This document shows, piece after piece, positions 10,534 to 24,558 of a stretch of DNA of 64,000 nt; positions within the stretch are counted from its first letter, which is position 1; the number at the start of each line of letters is the position of its first letter. The position numbers were made by a program, and so were the translations under genes. The notes beneath the pieces are model-generated. The model saw only the letters and a list, made by a program, of their open reading frames with translations, was not told where the DNA came from and did not search any database. Origin of the DNA: Eledone cirrhosa (Eukaryota); NCBI GenBank assembly GCA_964016885.1, contig OZ024740.1, forward strand, positions 397,420,001 through 397,484,000, in the 5' to 3' direction.

Positions 10534-12445
10534 CGGAATGGGATCGTACCGAAGGACTGGCGCAGCAGCATCATCATTAACTGCTACAAGGGTAAAGGTG
10601 ATGCCCTAGATAGGGGAAACTATAGAGGCATTAAATTAATTGACCAGGTCATGAAGGTCACAGAAAAAGTAATAGCGCAACTAATCAGAGAGCGAATTGA
10701 TCTAGACGAAATGCAGTTCGGGTTTGTGTCAGGTAAAAGTACAACAGACGCTCTTTTCATTGTACAACAACTACAGGAGAAGTACCTAGCTAAAAGTAAA
10801 CCCCTATACTTAGTTTTTGTTGACTTGGAGAAAGCCTTTGACAGAGTACCCCGCTCGATTATCTGGTGGGCCCTTAGAAAACTAGGTGTTGATGAATGGC
10901 TTGTGAGAGCTATACAAGCCATGTATAAGGAAACAGTCAGCAAGGTTAGAATTAACAACGAATATAGTGAAGAGTTTAGCGTAAAAGTTGGTGTTCATCA
11001 GGGCTCCGTCCTTAGCCCCCTACTATTTATTATTGCCCTTCAGGCTATAACAGAGGAGTTCAAGACCGGCTGCCCATGGGAACTCCTATATGCAGATGAT
11101 CTAACGCTCATAGCTGAATCAATGGCTGAACTAGAGAAGAAATTCCAAACATGGAAGCATGGCCTAGAATCAAAAGGCCTCAAAATTAACTTGTCTAAGA
11201 CTAAAGTTCTAGTTTGTAGGAAGGAAAATAGGGCACCGGTCCCATCTGAGAAATGGCCATGCTCAGTGTGTAGGAAAGGAGTAGGTAGAAACTCCATTTT
11301 ATGTCCCAAATGCAAAGTATGGGTACATAAAAGATGTAGTGGGATCACAGGTAAACTATCTAAGAACATAGATTTTATATGTGGCCGGTGCTCTGGTGCA
11401 ATAAGTAGCAGCAAGTGCCCACAAAATACTAACTCATTCCATTGCACAGATGGTTCTATAGAAATAGTGGACAGCTTCCGTTACCTGGATGATAAAATCA
11501 GCAGTGGGGGAGGGTGCTCTGAAAGTACAGTAGCTAGGGTCAGAACGGGATGGAAAAAGTTCAGAGATCTTATACCACTATTGGCCGCTAAAGGGTTCTC
11601 TCTAAAAATGAAAGGCAGGTTGTATGATGCCTGCATACGAACAGCAATGTTACATGGCAGTGAGACCTGGGCATTGTGTGCAGAGGATATACACAGACTG
11701 GAGACAAACGAAGCTTGCATGCTCCGCTGGATGTGTAATAGTAATATACGTGAACGGCAAAGCATAAACGTACTAAGGGAGAAATTAGAAATAAGAGGGA
11801 TCAGATGTTGTTTACTCGAGAGAAGACTACGTTGGTATGGTCACGTGATGCGCATGAAAGTCGATAGCTGTATAAAAAAGTGCAGGGCAATAAAAATAGA
11901 CGGTAGCCACGGAGTAGGCAGACCCAGAAAAACCTGGGATGACTTGATAAATTCCGACCTCACACACTTACACCTCTCCAAGACAATGTCACTGGACCGA
12001 GACCTTTGGCGCTACACAGTAATAGAGAAGACCCGCCTTGCCTAAGTACAAAGTGAAACCTACTACAGTCAGTAGGCACCTCTAACAAAATACACCCCAT
12101 CCCACTACCCCCACCCCATTCACACCACCCCTTTCAATGTAAAGTTATGTTGGTGTCACAACATCCAGCCCAAAACAAATGAGGTCGTGTAGGTGTCACG
12201 ACAAAAAAAAAAAAACACAGTCCACGCTGTAATGTGGCCGTGTAGGTAACACGGTAAAAACCTCCCAGTTCCACACTGTAAATGTGGTTGGTGTTAGGAA
12301 GAGCATCCAGCCGTAGAAAACCCGCCAGACAGTCCTATGCGAGCAAGACAACCACTCTCGCCTCAAGTGGGAAAACCCCCCATCCAAACCCATGCAAGCG
12401 TGGAATATGGACGTTAAACGATGATGATGATGATGATGATGATGA
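10532..12445 (+). mobile_element. 5'-truncated RTE-A copy (RT with YADD, PHD, 3' UTR)
   Basis: ORF 10651-12045; WELLYADDL; (GAT)n tail followed by ACACATATATA. Confidence 0.95.
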
Positions 12446-13622
12446 CACATATATATATATACATATATATATTATGTTCTATATTCAAACATATTTAGGG
12501 TCATATAAGAAAATACACCTCCTGAAAATTGGTGCTGCAAAAGTTATGAATTCGAATTTGTAAAGAGCATCAAACATGTCATTTTGAAAAATGGAATGAA
12601 TGATATCGACACTGCTTCTTATGAAAGATTAATACATTTTACTAATGCTGCTAGTAAAATGTTGATTTTTATATATCATATTTTTTCTTGTTTGCTGAAA
12701 TTATACAGCCATCAGCATGATAGTAAGTCAATTTTGACAGTAACTGAACAATTCTATCTTCATAACTAATTGGATCTGTACAATAATATAGTATTTGCCT
12801 TAGATTGTAAGAGAGCCAGGGTGAGAAAACAGAAATATTGCAGCATGACTGAAGAGAGAAATTATACTATTTACAGAACGACAATGTTTAGATATGAGCT
12901 AACAAGGGTATTTCTACATCTTGCTCAACCTGCTAGAAACAGAAGCCAAATCGCCCTTTGATTTGTCTTCTAAAAAGAAGACACTTTGGATAATGAAGTT
13001 TGAGTCAGCTTGATCAGAGTTGACTTGGAACTAAACAACAACCTTGTGAGGATCATCAGAAAGATCTAACCATCGCTAATAAATGGGAATATATGTATAT
13101 GATAAAAGATTAATTTACATAATATATATAACACTCAGCAAGTCATCTGTAAGGAAATATTATTTTGAGAAATTGGCTTGAATTTTGGAATATTATATAG
13201 CCTCAAGCAGATCATAGGACAGTGTGAAGTGGTTGAAATCTTTTGTAGAGAAAAGATTAATTAAAAACCATGAATTGTTAGTCAAGTATTTATCAAAGAA
13301 AGTTTATGTAACTACTTTTCAGTTTGCTGAGGCTAAAATATGAAACATCACAGTGTTTGAAACACCTACTTCGACCTCAAAATAAAAACATTCATTACTA
13401 ATATTTGCAATATTTGAACTGAAGGACAGTGAATGAATTTGTAGAAGTGGAGTGGATCAATTAGCAGAATAGTTAATGTCAAATAAAATGTTTGCAGTAT
13501 TTAGTTACAGCCGTTTATACTCTGAATTCAAATCCTGTCACGGCTGACTTTGTTTTTCATCTTTATGTTGCCAATACACTGAAATTTTAATTAAGCACTG
13601 GAGTTGGTTAAGTTGATTATAC

Positions 13623-14085
13623 ATCATCATCATCAACGTTTTTATATTCGTTTTTCCATGCTTGCATGGGTTGGATGGGTACTTCTTCACACAGCATCTC
13701 TCTACTCTCCGCATTCCTTTTTTCATCTGCTCTGTGAATTTCAGTGATTTGGCATCAGTTCTCACTACCTCTACCCAGGTCTTCCTTGGTCTACCTCAAC
13801 TGTGGCTTCCCTCCATTGGAATCTTCTGCCACATCTTCACCCAGCAACCACCATCCATGTGCATCACATGTCTGTTAATGCAGTTTTCTCTCATGCACAC
13901 CACTTCAGATTCCTCTTAAACCCAGTTTCTCTCAGTTCATCCAAGCTCTGCTTTTCTCTCACATTTACATTGCACATCCAATGAAGCATGGTTGCTTTAT
14001 TTCTCTCCAGCCTACACATGTCCTCTGCAATCACTGTTCATGTTTCCCTACCATGCAGCATCGCAGTTTGCACAGAGGAGTCATA
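13623..14085 (-). mobile_element. old RTE 3' fragment (subfamily C-like)
   Basis: (GAT)n tail at 13623-13633, CCCATGCAAGCATGGAAAA terminus, decayed C-terminal coding sequence. Confidence 0.8.
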
Positions 14086-14087
14086 CT

Positions 14088-14318
14088 AGTGGTGTTGGTG
14101 GTTGTGGTTTTGGTGGTGGTGGTGGTGGTCATGTTGGTGGTGGTGGTGGTGGTGGTGGTGGTGGTTGCTGTTGTGGCGGTGGTGGTGGTGGTGGCGGTGA
14201 TGGCAGTGGTGTTGTGGTGGTGGTGGTGGTGGTGGTGGTGGTGGTGATGGCAGTGGTGTTGTGGTGGTGGTGGTGGTGGTGGTGGCGGTGATGGCAGTGG
14301 TGTGGTGGTGGTGGTGGT
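14088..14318. repeat. (GGT)n microsatellite with higher-order unit GGCGGTGATGGCAGTGGTGTTGT
   Basis: Direct reading; three recurrences of the interrupted unit. Confidence 0.9.
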
Positions 14319-15337
14319 TATTCCACAGTTTGTTGAACAAATGTGTAACAATCTAAAAAAAATACTCAACTGATTAATTTAAAAATATGTTGCAGCTGAA
14401 AAATCATTGTTGCCACACCAAGACAACACTTTAGATACAGACAAAATTCAGAATGCAATGTATAAATTTACAGTTATCACTTGTACAGCAGACTCATAAT
14501 TAAAATAGCTAATGATAGAGATGTTATATATATTATTGCTTGACATTCTAGAACCAGCAGCAAAGGTCATATTGGATAATGCATTCTAAAATAAACTTTA
14601 TCAAAAGAGTTGAGGTAATCAAAGCTAGAATGCTTTTGAATATGGATCTGCTTAATTAGATCTAACCTGGAGTTCAAAAACAACACCTCATTTTCTAATT
14701 TATGAGAAGTAAAAGTAAATTTAATGAAAAGGTACAGCATGGCTCATTGGTTAAGAAATCACTACATAATCTTGATGTACCAGTCTAAACCTACTGTCTG
14801 GTATCTTTTACTATAGCCTTTAATCAACTCCAGCCTTGGGAGTGGAATGGGGTGCATGGGAAGCGTATAGAAGCCCAGCAAGTAGACTGTACCTATAATT
14901 AAAAGGACAAATCATGTCACACATTGTGTTATGCTGAATCTCCCTGAGAATTATGTTAAGGGTACTCAGCAACTTAAGCACATTAATTTAATGAGTAGAC
15001 TATTTCACTGATTGAACAACTGAAATATTCATCATCATACTCAATAGAGGTTCAGAATTTATTTACTGGAAAAGATGAAGACAGACTTAATAGAATTCCT
15101 CTCATGAATATTGTGAACATCAGATATGCTATTACAATTTGTTTATTTAAGGGGTCTGTACAAAATATCTTTGCAGGATATCCAAGGGTGGTAAGACTGA
15201 TGCAGTTGATGTTCCGTTTGAACACCTGTAAATTGATGTCTGTAGGAAAAGCTGCAGACAGCTCTGATTCCAGAGGATTGCAGTTCTGAAGGGGAAGAAT
15301 TAGATTAGATTGGAGAGTGGTAAGCAGCTAACTAATA

Positions 15338-15396
<59 letters not shown>

Positions 15397-16381
15397 GCAA
15401 TGGGTACTCAGAATCATTAGTGTCAAACAAAATGCCTCTGCAGTATTTATTTATGGCTTTAAGTTCTGAATTGAAATATCACTAAGGTCAACTATGCCTT
15501 ACATCCTCCCTGGGCCAATAAAATATAATACTAGTCAAGTTCTTATAATTGACTATACATATCCCCTACATTTTAGACCGTGTGCCTAAATTAGAAATTA
15601 ATAGGCAAACAGGCAGATGGATGAATGGATAGATGGATGGGTGTATGGATATATGAATGGATGGATGCAAAGAGAGAAAGAGCATTAGGCAGACACTCAG
15701 GCAGACAGATAGATAGATGTTTTGGTTTTCATTGCACAAAAATCTATCAAAGAACTGTAGATAATTTTCAAACCTGATAGAAATATCTAGTTTAAAGCCA
15801 TAAATATCAACTTAAAGACCTGACTGCTAGTTAGTAATAAGGCATTCAAAATCCTAATACTAACAGGCTTTCACAATATGTAGACAGTTGCTAGAAATGT
15901 TATATTGTGTACAACAGGCAAACAATAACTACTTAAATGATGCAACATGGTCTCTGCTAAGCTAACAAGGAACTAAAACATCAGATGTGAATTGTTAGCT
16001 GAAGAAGCCATGAAGAACTGTTCAGCTGGTTTATGAGATGCAGTTGGTGGTGTCTGTTATCTAGGTTAGGGGTCAGCAAACTATGGTTATGTGTCAAATC
16101 CAACTCACAGCTCTATTTCATTCAGCTCATAGATTTTATTGTATATGTGATGTTGCATACAAAAATTCTGTTTTCTTTATCAAGCTTTGGTTAGCAAACA
16201 ATAAAACTTAGTATCGGAAAAATGTTTCATTTTGCAGTTTTCCCATGTACAAGATTTTAAACAGTAAATGTTTTTACTTTCTTAAATAAACGGTGCAACA
16301 AAAATTGTCTCATATGCAGCAACTATAATATATAGTTTACATCAATCATTGATTCTAAGAAAGGCGGGATTGACAAATAAT

Positions 16382-16569
16382 TGTTTCTACTTTTGGCACA
16401 AGGCCAGCAATTACCCAGTACATTACTAGTACTTTTATTTTATCGACCCCGTAAGGATGAAAGGCAAAGTTAACTTCGGCAGGATTTGAACTCAGAATGG
16501 CAAGGGCCGTAACTCTATGCATCAAAGCATGGTGTCCAACCCTCTACTGACACTGCCAATCCACCGCCT
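16382..16569 (-). mobile_element. tRNA-derived SINE with 16-bp TSD
   Basis: Same family as 395-574; TSD GGGATTG(A/G)CAAATAAT at 16366-16381 and 16570-16585. Confidence 0.9.
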
Positions 16570-16679
16570 GGGATTGGCAAATAATGTTGAGTTGTCATAG
16601 TTTTATTTTGTATTCACCTTGGCTCAAAAGACATAAAACATTTCCAGTCTTTTCCACCTCCCAAAACGCAATCAAGGTA

Positions 16680-17470
16680 ACCTATGTAGGGATTTGATTA
16701 GTGGCAGTTGCATATGAGACAACTACATTTATGTGATGTCCCCCAAACATTGTAACTAGATTACAGTAGTGGGATTAGGATGTGTGAGATTTATATTCTC
16801 AGGTGGATGGAGATCCTGGCACTCTCTCAGTATATGTTCAACAGTCTGCACTGATGAGTCTCAGTGGCAAGCTACTGATAGACACAGCTCCTAGTGATGC
16901 ATGGATGCATTGAATCTGCCAGAAAATGTGCATAGCCGATTCAGGGGCACACACTCCATCTGAGAGAGGTTAGCAACTGGAGGAAAGACCAAATTGGAGT
17001 TGGCATTTAGTTGGATGGGTTGAGGTGCCTGTTACCAGCTAGCTCTCAATGCCTAAAGCTTTGCTGCATTACATCAAGCGATGTTGGCTCACTAGCTATG
17101 TGTGATGCTCTCTACAAAGGAGCGTAGGAGCAATGCCAGAGAGCACAGTTAGATACTCAATTGATGTAGGACAAAGACATTCATTGATAAGCCTTAAAGT
17201 GTTGTAGTCATCTTTGTCATGCCCAGCTTCAATGTCCAGGTCTTAAATATGTTGCCAGTTGGGTCATATCTGCTGTTAGGATGCTCGCTATGTCAGTCCA
17301 GACTTATCAGAGTGGAGAAAGGTGAGATTATCTGCATAGCCATACTGTCATGATGTTGTTTAGGAGATGTCACTGATGTACAGGTTGAAGATGATAGTGG
17401 GTAGTACTGAGCCTTGAGAGACTCCACTACAAAGGCAGTACAATCTACTAGTCTGTCTATTGCTGGTTTC
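16680..17470 (-). pseudogene. decayed non-LTR RT remnant (Vingi/Ingi/I-like)
   Basis: Minus-strand frames give SGVSQGSVLPTIIFNLYISD, YADNL and YLTVLSGIAPTLLCRE; many stops and frameshifts. Confidence 0.55.
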
Positions 17471-17529
17471 CAGGACAAAGCTTCAGCTGGTTAGGATGTT
17501 GAGAGTGAATGTAGCCATACCATAATAGC

Positions 17530-17809
17530 TAATGGTGGAACGAATGGAAAATGTTTCAGAAACTGTGACTGCTTTTTGGTAACAAAAATTCCTTTTATAT
17601 AAAAAAAAAAACGGGCATCTGTATGAAATATGCATACGAATTGTGATGCTACACAGTAGTGAAACATGGTCAATGTATATGGAAACTCTTCTGAAGCTGG
17701 AAAATAATAAATCAAGGATGATCAGTAGAATAAGCAATATGAGCTGATGGATTAACTAAGTATTAAAAACATCAGCCAATGTACGACACAAATGATGATG
17801 ATGATGATG
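17530..17809 (+). mobile_element. very old RTE 3' fragment
   Basis: Decayed WKMFQKL...MLHSSETW motif and (GAT)n end. Confidence 0.6.
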
Positions 17810-18278
17810 CTACATTTTATTAGGATACTACATCACATTTTTAACACATGTAGCAGATAACCTCATCATTCAATGTGTTAATCCTTCCTTTCCTTTTGTT
17901 AGTTAATGGTATTTACCTATCTAGGAAACTGAACTGTATGCTGTAAAACAGTGTTCTCTCTATTATCAACAAGAAGATAATAGCTTTAAACTTCTTCCAA
18001 CCAATATAAAATCCACTGGCAATATTGCCTTAGAAGTGATGGTCTGTCTCATATCACTACTGAAGACTTCTAAAAGCAGAATTAATTTCTAGGTGAAGAA
18101 GAGGTAAAGAGAGAAAATCAAAAGCAAAGCAGAGTAATTTTGCTAGATTGTCACAAATTTTACAATATCTTTTTTTCTTCGCATTTTAGTGATTTCTTTG
18201 TTATATTTTCAATGGTTTCCCTTCATATACTTTTTTTTTTTTTTGGGGGGGGGGGGTCATGATTCTCATCATCATTGT

Positions 18279-18328
18279 CTATATATATATATATATATAT
18301 ATAGATAGATAGATAGATAGATAGATAC

Positions 18329-18401
<73 letters not shown>

Positions 18402-18451
18402 TATATGTGTGTGTGTTGTGTGTGTATGTGTATATATATATATATATATAT

Positions 18452-18536
<85 letters not shown>

Positions 18537-18537
18537 G
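18279..18537. repeat. long compound (TA)/(TAGA)/(CA)/(TG) microsatellite
   Basis: Direct reading. Confidence 0.95.
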
Positions 18538-18879
18538 TCTATCATATTCCCATTACATAGGTTGGTTACTATGGTAAATCAAATGCAGACATTCCATTGT
18601 GTTTCTGAAAATGATACACTCTACACTGCACACACAACAAAATTCCTACCAAACTTTTTTCAGCATACCAACAGTTTCATTACCACATACACACGAATAA
18701 AATGTATCACTACTCTGGCTCATTAAGCTAACAAGTTCCAACGGTGACTTTTCCATTAACATAAAATAGTATGTTCCAAAGTTAACTCTAATCTCTTTAT
18801 ATTTTTCAATGTTTCTTTCTATACATGGATCTAACTTAATCTATTGAAATATGCTACAATGTGTCTGCAAATGACAAAA

Positions 18880-19010
18880 AATTAGCAGTCATTAGAATGC
18901 TTAACGGTATTCATCCTGGCTTTCTGCACTTTGAATTCAAATGCTGTCGAGGTCAACTTTGCCTTTCATCCTTTTGAAGTTGATAGATAAGTATCAGTAT
19001 AGTATTGAGG
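18880..19010 (+). mobile_element. old tRNA-derived SINE
   Basis: GAATTCAAATG B-box-like motif and GAGGTCAACTTTGCCTTTCATCC body. Confidence 0.6.
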
Positions 19011-22000
19011 TTGATTCTTCCTCTACATCTCTTTCTCACTTCCTCTGTATCACTCTCTTTCCTTCTCTGGAAGAAATCAGCTGTGTCTGGACCTGGAAAT
19101 GAGATGGGCTCCACCAGGTTTAAAATGCCCATGGAATGTCATATATCACTATGGCACCCTTACTCCACCAGGAGTTACGGTCCATGCATACAATTTGTCC
19201 CATACAAAGAATGGCAACCTTTCTAAATCTGTCAACTATCAACTTATTTCTCTCACATTCACTCTCTGAAAGATGATGGAGATGATAAAAAATAACCAAC
19301 AATTTTATCAGCTTGAGTATCTTTTTCCCTTCTCAGTGATCCACACCTGACCCTAGAACAGTTTTTGTAGAACTGATTCTGGTTTTATATTACTTTATGT
19401 TACATTAACTGTATTTATATTGATTCTTATTTTCTTTAGACAAGAATGGTCTAAAAGTTTGAACTAAAAACATTGTTCTTTCCATTGTCAGACATTAAAT
19501 ACCTCACTTTCAGAAACTTACTTTTTTATAACATACAGTGTAATCTCTCATTAAGAACGTCTGCAAAAGCAATGTTTACTTTCATCAGCAAAATCTTTAA
19601 ACATATCTCCAGGTTAGGTTTTCTGTCTAAAGATGCCATCATTGAGCCAAATCTTTCAACATAGTTTGTTTTAAATATTCCGCTGAACTAAGGAGCTAAA
19701 GTGCTTGTCTGAATATTCCATCGATCTCATGGATCAGAAGCTTGCTGTCAAACAATTCCATCATAACATGGACTAAAGGAGTTCTCTTCAATCTTATGCA
19801 GATTATACCACCACTTTTTACTTCTCCTTACTCTTCTGTATACAAACACACACACACACACACACATGCAACCTAGACACTTCATGCCATATTTGGTCCA
19901 TGAGCAGTTACTTGGATAATATTCATCAACTGGGACATGAAAGCCTAGTCTTCTAGAACACAAAAAGCAACAATTACTATATATGTTAAAAAACAGCCAT
20001 ACATTACATCATTCATATTAATCAACAAAACATAACTAAAAGCTCCAACTCGTCACAATCTCTGATGATCATTCATATTAACTTCATAAATATAACATTA
20101 CATAATCTTCACATGAAATACTAGGCTTCTTAGTTCTCTGGGCCAGAAGATACTTCAGTCTTAATCAGTTGCTGGTCCTTTATAATGTTCAAGTAATACC
20201 ACATTAAAGCCAAAGGAAATCAGATAATGTTGTCCAAGAATCTGTATGCCTTAAAAAGATGGAAGGGTCAAGGCTAGACTGCCTTTGAACATATGTCTGC
20301 TCTGAACCAATGCTAAATGACAATTGATACCATATCTAGCTTGGTGCTGCTGCTGCACTTGTAAAGATGTAAAAGTGCATCTAAAAGACAACTATTTAGG
20401 TGATTGGCAAAATATTCACTGACCCATAGACATGTTTCTTCTGCTTATTCTACTGTTCCTGCAACATCTGCTTATTTGAAAGCTAAATAACCTAGCCCCT
20501 CCACATAAACCAATCTGACATGACCATCTCTTTCTTCCTCTCATCATATTTACAGTGTCTCACCCTCATAAATTCCACTCTAATACTTTGCCATATCATT
20601 CTTTTCCACAGCTACATTTCTTCCCCACCCTCATTTTCTTTTCAGTTGTTGAAAATCAGCCACATTAATGTCATTAGTTTATAACGAAAATTGGCACTGC
20701 CTCTCTTCCTCTGACTAAGTAATAAGAAGAAAACATTAAGTGTAGTGAATAGATATATCTTCTGCAAATGTTACCACCAATGTACTAGTGGCTTTTTGCA
20801 ATTAACTCAACGCTGTTTAGTTATGAAGCCATTAACAATCTTTTACTACTAACAAAGTTTTAGTATTATTTAATTCATTTCAAAAGTCTATGAAATATTT
20901 CCTAAATATACCATGCTTTATTAGTTTTAAACTATTTTATGTTATGTTTACTGTGTCTATGTTAATTCTTATTTTCTTTAAACTGGAATTGTCTAGAAGA
21001 CAGCTTAGGCTAAGAACCTTGTTCTCTGCATTGTCTGAGTTTAAATGCCCCACTTTCTTACATAAATCATTAAATATCTTAGGTTTGTGTGTGCATCTAT
21101 TTACTTTTCATGTTTTTGTCTCAATCTCTGTCAACTTTCCTTTCTTCGACCTATTAGATCACCAGTGAAGACTTCATAGTCACAGGATTAATAGGAGTAA
21201 AGTGCCTATGCTAGGTTTATGGGTAGATATTAGTTCAATAAATGAAACTAAATAAAAACTTTAAAATGCAATACCTCTACTGATTATAACAGATCTTTAT
21301 TTACACTAGGTTGTTTTATTAGATCTTTTTTCCAAAGATATAAGACAATGTCCATGATAGGATTAAAGTTGCCAACAATTTCGCTGTTTGATCAATAGGG
21401 TAACAACCTATTTACTCAGCCAGCCGTGTATCTTCTCAGAACAATCTTATAATGTTTAAGGAATTAGCAAACAAAATAAGATAAAGATAACAGAAATTAA
21501 TCTTATTTGTTCATTAAGGTTAACGATAACTTTACTTTAGAAGTCAATCATAAAAATCCTTTAGATAAACACAAAGGATAATCACTTTTTATTGATAATC
21601 TCTTTTCTATTGACATTTATAATAGTTATAACACAACATTTTTATCCTGTTATTGTCAAAGATTAACATCAGTTGCACATTTGAATGAATTCTATTCTTA
21701 ACAAAAGTTAATCCTAGTTTTAAATGAAGATAAATCGAAGAGATCAGTAAATACCAGAAGAGAAAAATTATTTTAAAATGAGAAGGAAAAATGAAAATTG
21801 ATTTACTGATTTTTACTCAATTTATCTCCCATGTGAAATTGACCAACTTAGAATTTAATCACCTTAGTTAAACAATGAAAGTCTGTAGGTCTGTATTATT
21901 TGTTGAATTTATATCAGAACAACTTTAATTATTTAGTTGGTTTAAATCATACTGGATCATTGCTTTCTGTACTGTATCTTGTTTTGTTGTTTACATTCTT

Positions 22001-23117
22001 TCTCTCAGTATATTCAATATGTGCGCATATATGCTCTGAGTAAGCCCTAATCCAACAGACCTACAGCCAAAGACCTTCTGAGCTTGACCATACCATGTCA
22101 ATGTATTCTTCCTTTTTTAAAGATGATATGGCATAATTAGAGGAAAATTTGGTTGCTATTTCTAACAACTTAAATCACCATATTGAGGTTCCTTTGTTTG
22201 GCTTGTGTGTGGGTATGCTTCTAGCTGATGTCCCAGTGAATTTCTAGAAGCTGCACACAACTGATTATAGCTAGTTAAAGATGGCTTCAATAGGGACCTC
22301 AACCATGTTACTGATCTCACTGGAAAACACAACATATTCAGTCACCACCAACATTATATTATATTTTAAACTAAAATTCTTACTCCATACTAGCCCGGAC
22401 TATCTAGATATTAAATAAGTTTATAAGTAGATGCATGTATTTGTTTTCTTAATCAAACCCAAGTCTACAAATGTATATGAGAGAAATGAGATTGTGGAAT
22501 TGTCAAATAAAAGGCTTGTTTAATGGGGTAAGTAAATGTGTATATATCGACTGGGTCAGCATTATATTCTAAGTAAACTAGGCAACAACATAGGCCACTA
22601 AAATCCAAGGGTGCCACACAAATAGGAATTCACTACCAATGTGTTTCCATATATCTGGAAGATAATCAAAAACTTGGAGGAATTTAATAAAATAACTAAC
22701 TTTTCCATCAGTAAAATTATCTTTGGAACATTACTTAACAAAAATTTCTTAACTAAAATTTGATGGAAGTATAAATAATTTAAAATGGGTAGTTTTGTAT
22801 CATAAAACTAGAATAGTTTCAGGTGGGTTTGTATCAAAAAGGTTAATCTAACAAGAAAACTTAGTAATAAAGACAATAGGAGAGGTCATTTTTTAAATGA
22901 AGGAGGATTGAGAGGAGGGATGGTCTCACTAGGGTATGAGAGATGAGAGGATCATTATAACCTGTCATATGATTTGGCATAAAACATTTAAAATTTCAAG
23001 TGATTTACTCAGTGATATACATAATAATAAGACTATAGATTTCTTATTTGGAAGTTAATTATTATTTTTTCAACAATATTTTTCAACTGGTGTAAAGAGA
23101 GTGATAGCTGGAGGAAG

Positions 23118-23600
23118 TTCATCATCGTCTTCATTTAATGTCTACTGTTCCACACTTATATGGGTTGGATGGGTCCTTTTCAGTACAGCATCTTTCCACT
23201 TGTTGTGTTCCTTTGTCATCTCCTCTATAAGCTACAGCAATTTGAAATCAACTCTTACCACTTCCATCCAGGCCTTCCTTGATCTTCCTCTACTGCAGCT
23301 TCCTTCCACTGGGATTACTTAGCACTTATTTACCCAATAATCATCAGATGTTCATACCAATGCAGTCTCCTCTCCTGCACACTACATTTGATACCTCTTA
23401 TCCCCAGTTTCTCCATTAGTTCATCCATGCTTTGTTGTTTTCAGACATTAACATTGCACATCCATCAAAGCAGTATTGCTTAATTTCTCTCCAGCCTTTT
23501 CATGTCCTCTATATTTACTGTCCATGGCTGACTACCATGCAGCATCACACTTCACACACAAGCATCATACAGCTGACCTTTTCTTCATAGGGAAAAATCT
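23118..23600 (-). mobile_element. old RTE 3' fragment
   Basis: (GAT)-like tail at 23119-23133; decayed LYDACV/MLHGS, ERN and GR.RK.W coding motifs on the minus strand. Confidence 0.75.
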
Positions 23601-24357
23601 TTTGTAGAATAAATTGGTGAAAGAGGTGCACATTATAGGGATAGAAAAAGGAGTGCAGCTTGTTGGAATGGCTTAGCACATTGAATAGCCTAGCACTGGC
23701 CCTGTTATCAAAGTGAAGCATCTCTGTCATCTGTTTAGCTATAAATCAGACAGTTGAAAGCAGTTTTACTAGATGCAAAGACAAAATTATATTTTTGCTG
23801 AGACTTTAAAGAAATAATCAATAACATTCAGCAATTTTATATATTCTAATGAACTTAGCTGTGTTGAGGTTCAGCACAAGGGAAAAACAATACTGGTTTA
23901 TTTAAGATGCAAATAATCAGTCAATTGTTGAAGGTGTTTAGCCCCTGGTTAGCACTGAGGATCAAAGGCATTCATGCTGAGATCCTGTTTCTTTTTTTCT
24001 TTTCAGGCATAGTGTATCTAGGACTACATTATCCAATGTCTTCCATTTTTAAGATGATAGGGTGTGTTTTGAGGAAGATTTAGTTAGTCTTTATTAGCAA
24101 GTCATGTGATCATGACCATTGAATCATAGTTCATTTTCTTTTATTCATTTATTGGTTTCAATCATTGGACTGCTTTTATGCTGTAACACCATCTTCAAGG
24201 TTTTATATTTAGCTGACTCCAGTAGTTAGTTCAAACTCGTATTTATTGTATTGATCCATATAAATTATACAACATTAGTCTTACACTTGTAAGACATAAC
24301 ATCCATAACCTCAGTTAGTCTCACTTGGAGAGGAGGGTGTAGGAGAGGGGGGGGGGA

Positions 24358-24558
24358 GAAGAAGAAGAAGAAGAAGAAGAAGAAGAAGAAGAAGAAGAAG
24401 AAGAAGAAGAAGAAGAAGAAGAAGAAGAAGAAGAAGAAGAAGAAGAAGAAGAAGAAGAAGAAGAAGAAGAAGAAGAAGAAGAAGAAGAAGAAGAAGAAGA
24501 AGAAGAAGAAGAAGAAGAAGAAGAAGAAGAAGAAGAAGAAGAAGAAGAAGAAGAAGAA
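24358..24558. repeat. perfect (GAA)67 microsatellite
   Basis: 201 bp uninterrupted. Confidence 0.98.

Noticed and set aside
13981-14369. Poly-Val/Gly/His/Thr ORFs
   Set aside because: Translations of the (GGT)n microsatellite
19480-19840. Possible minus-strand exon after a (TG)n acceptor
   Set aside because: All three frames hit stops; no supporting evidence
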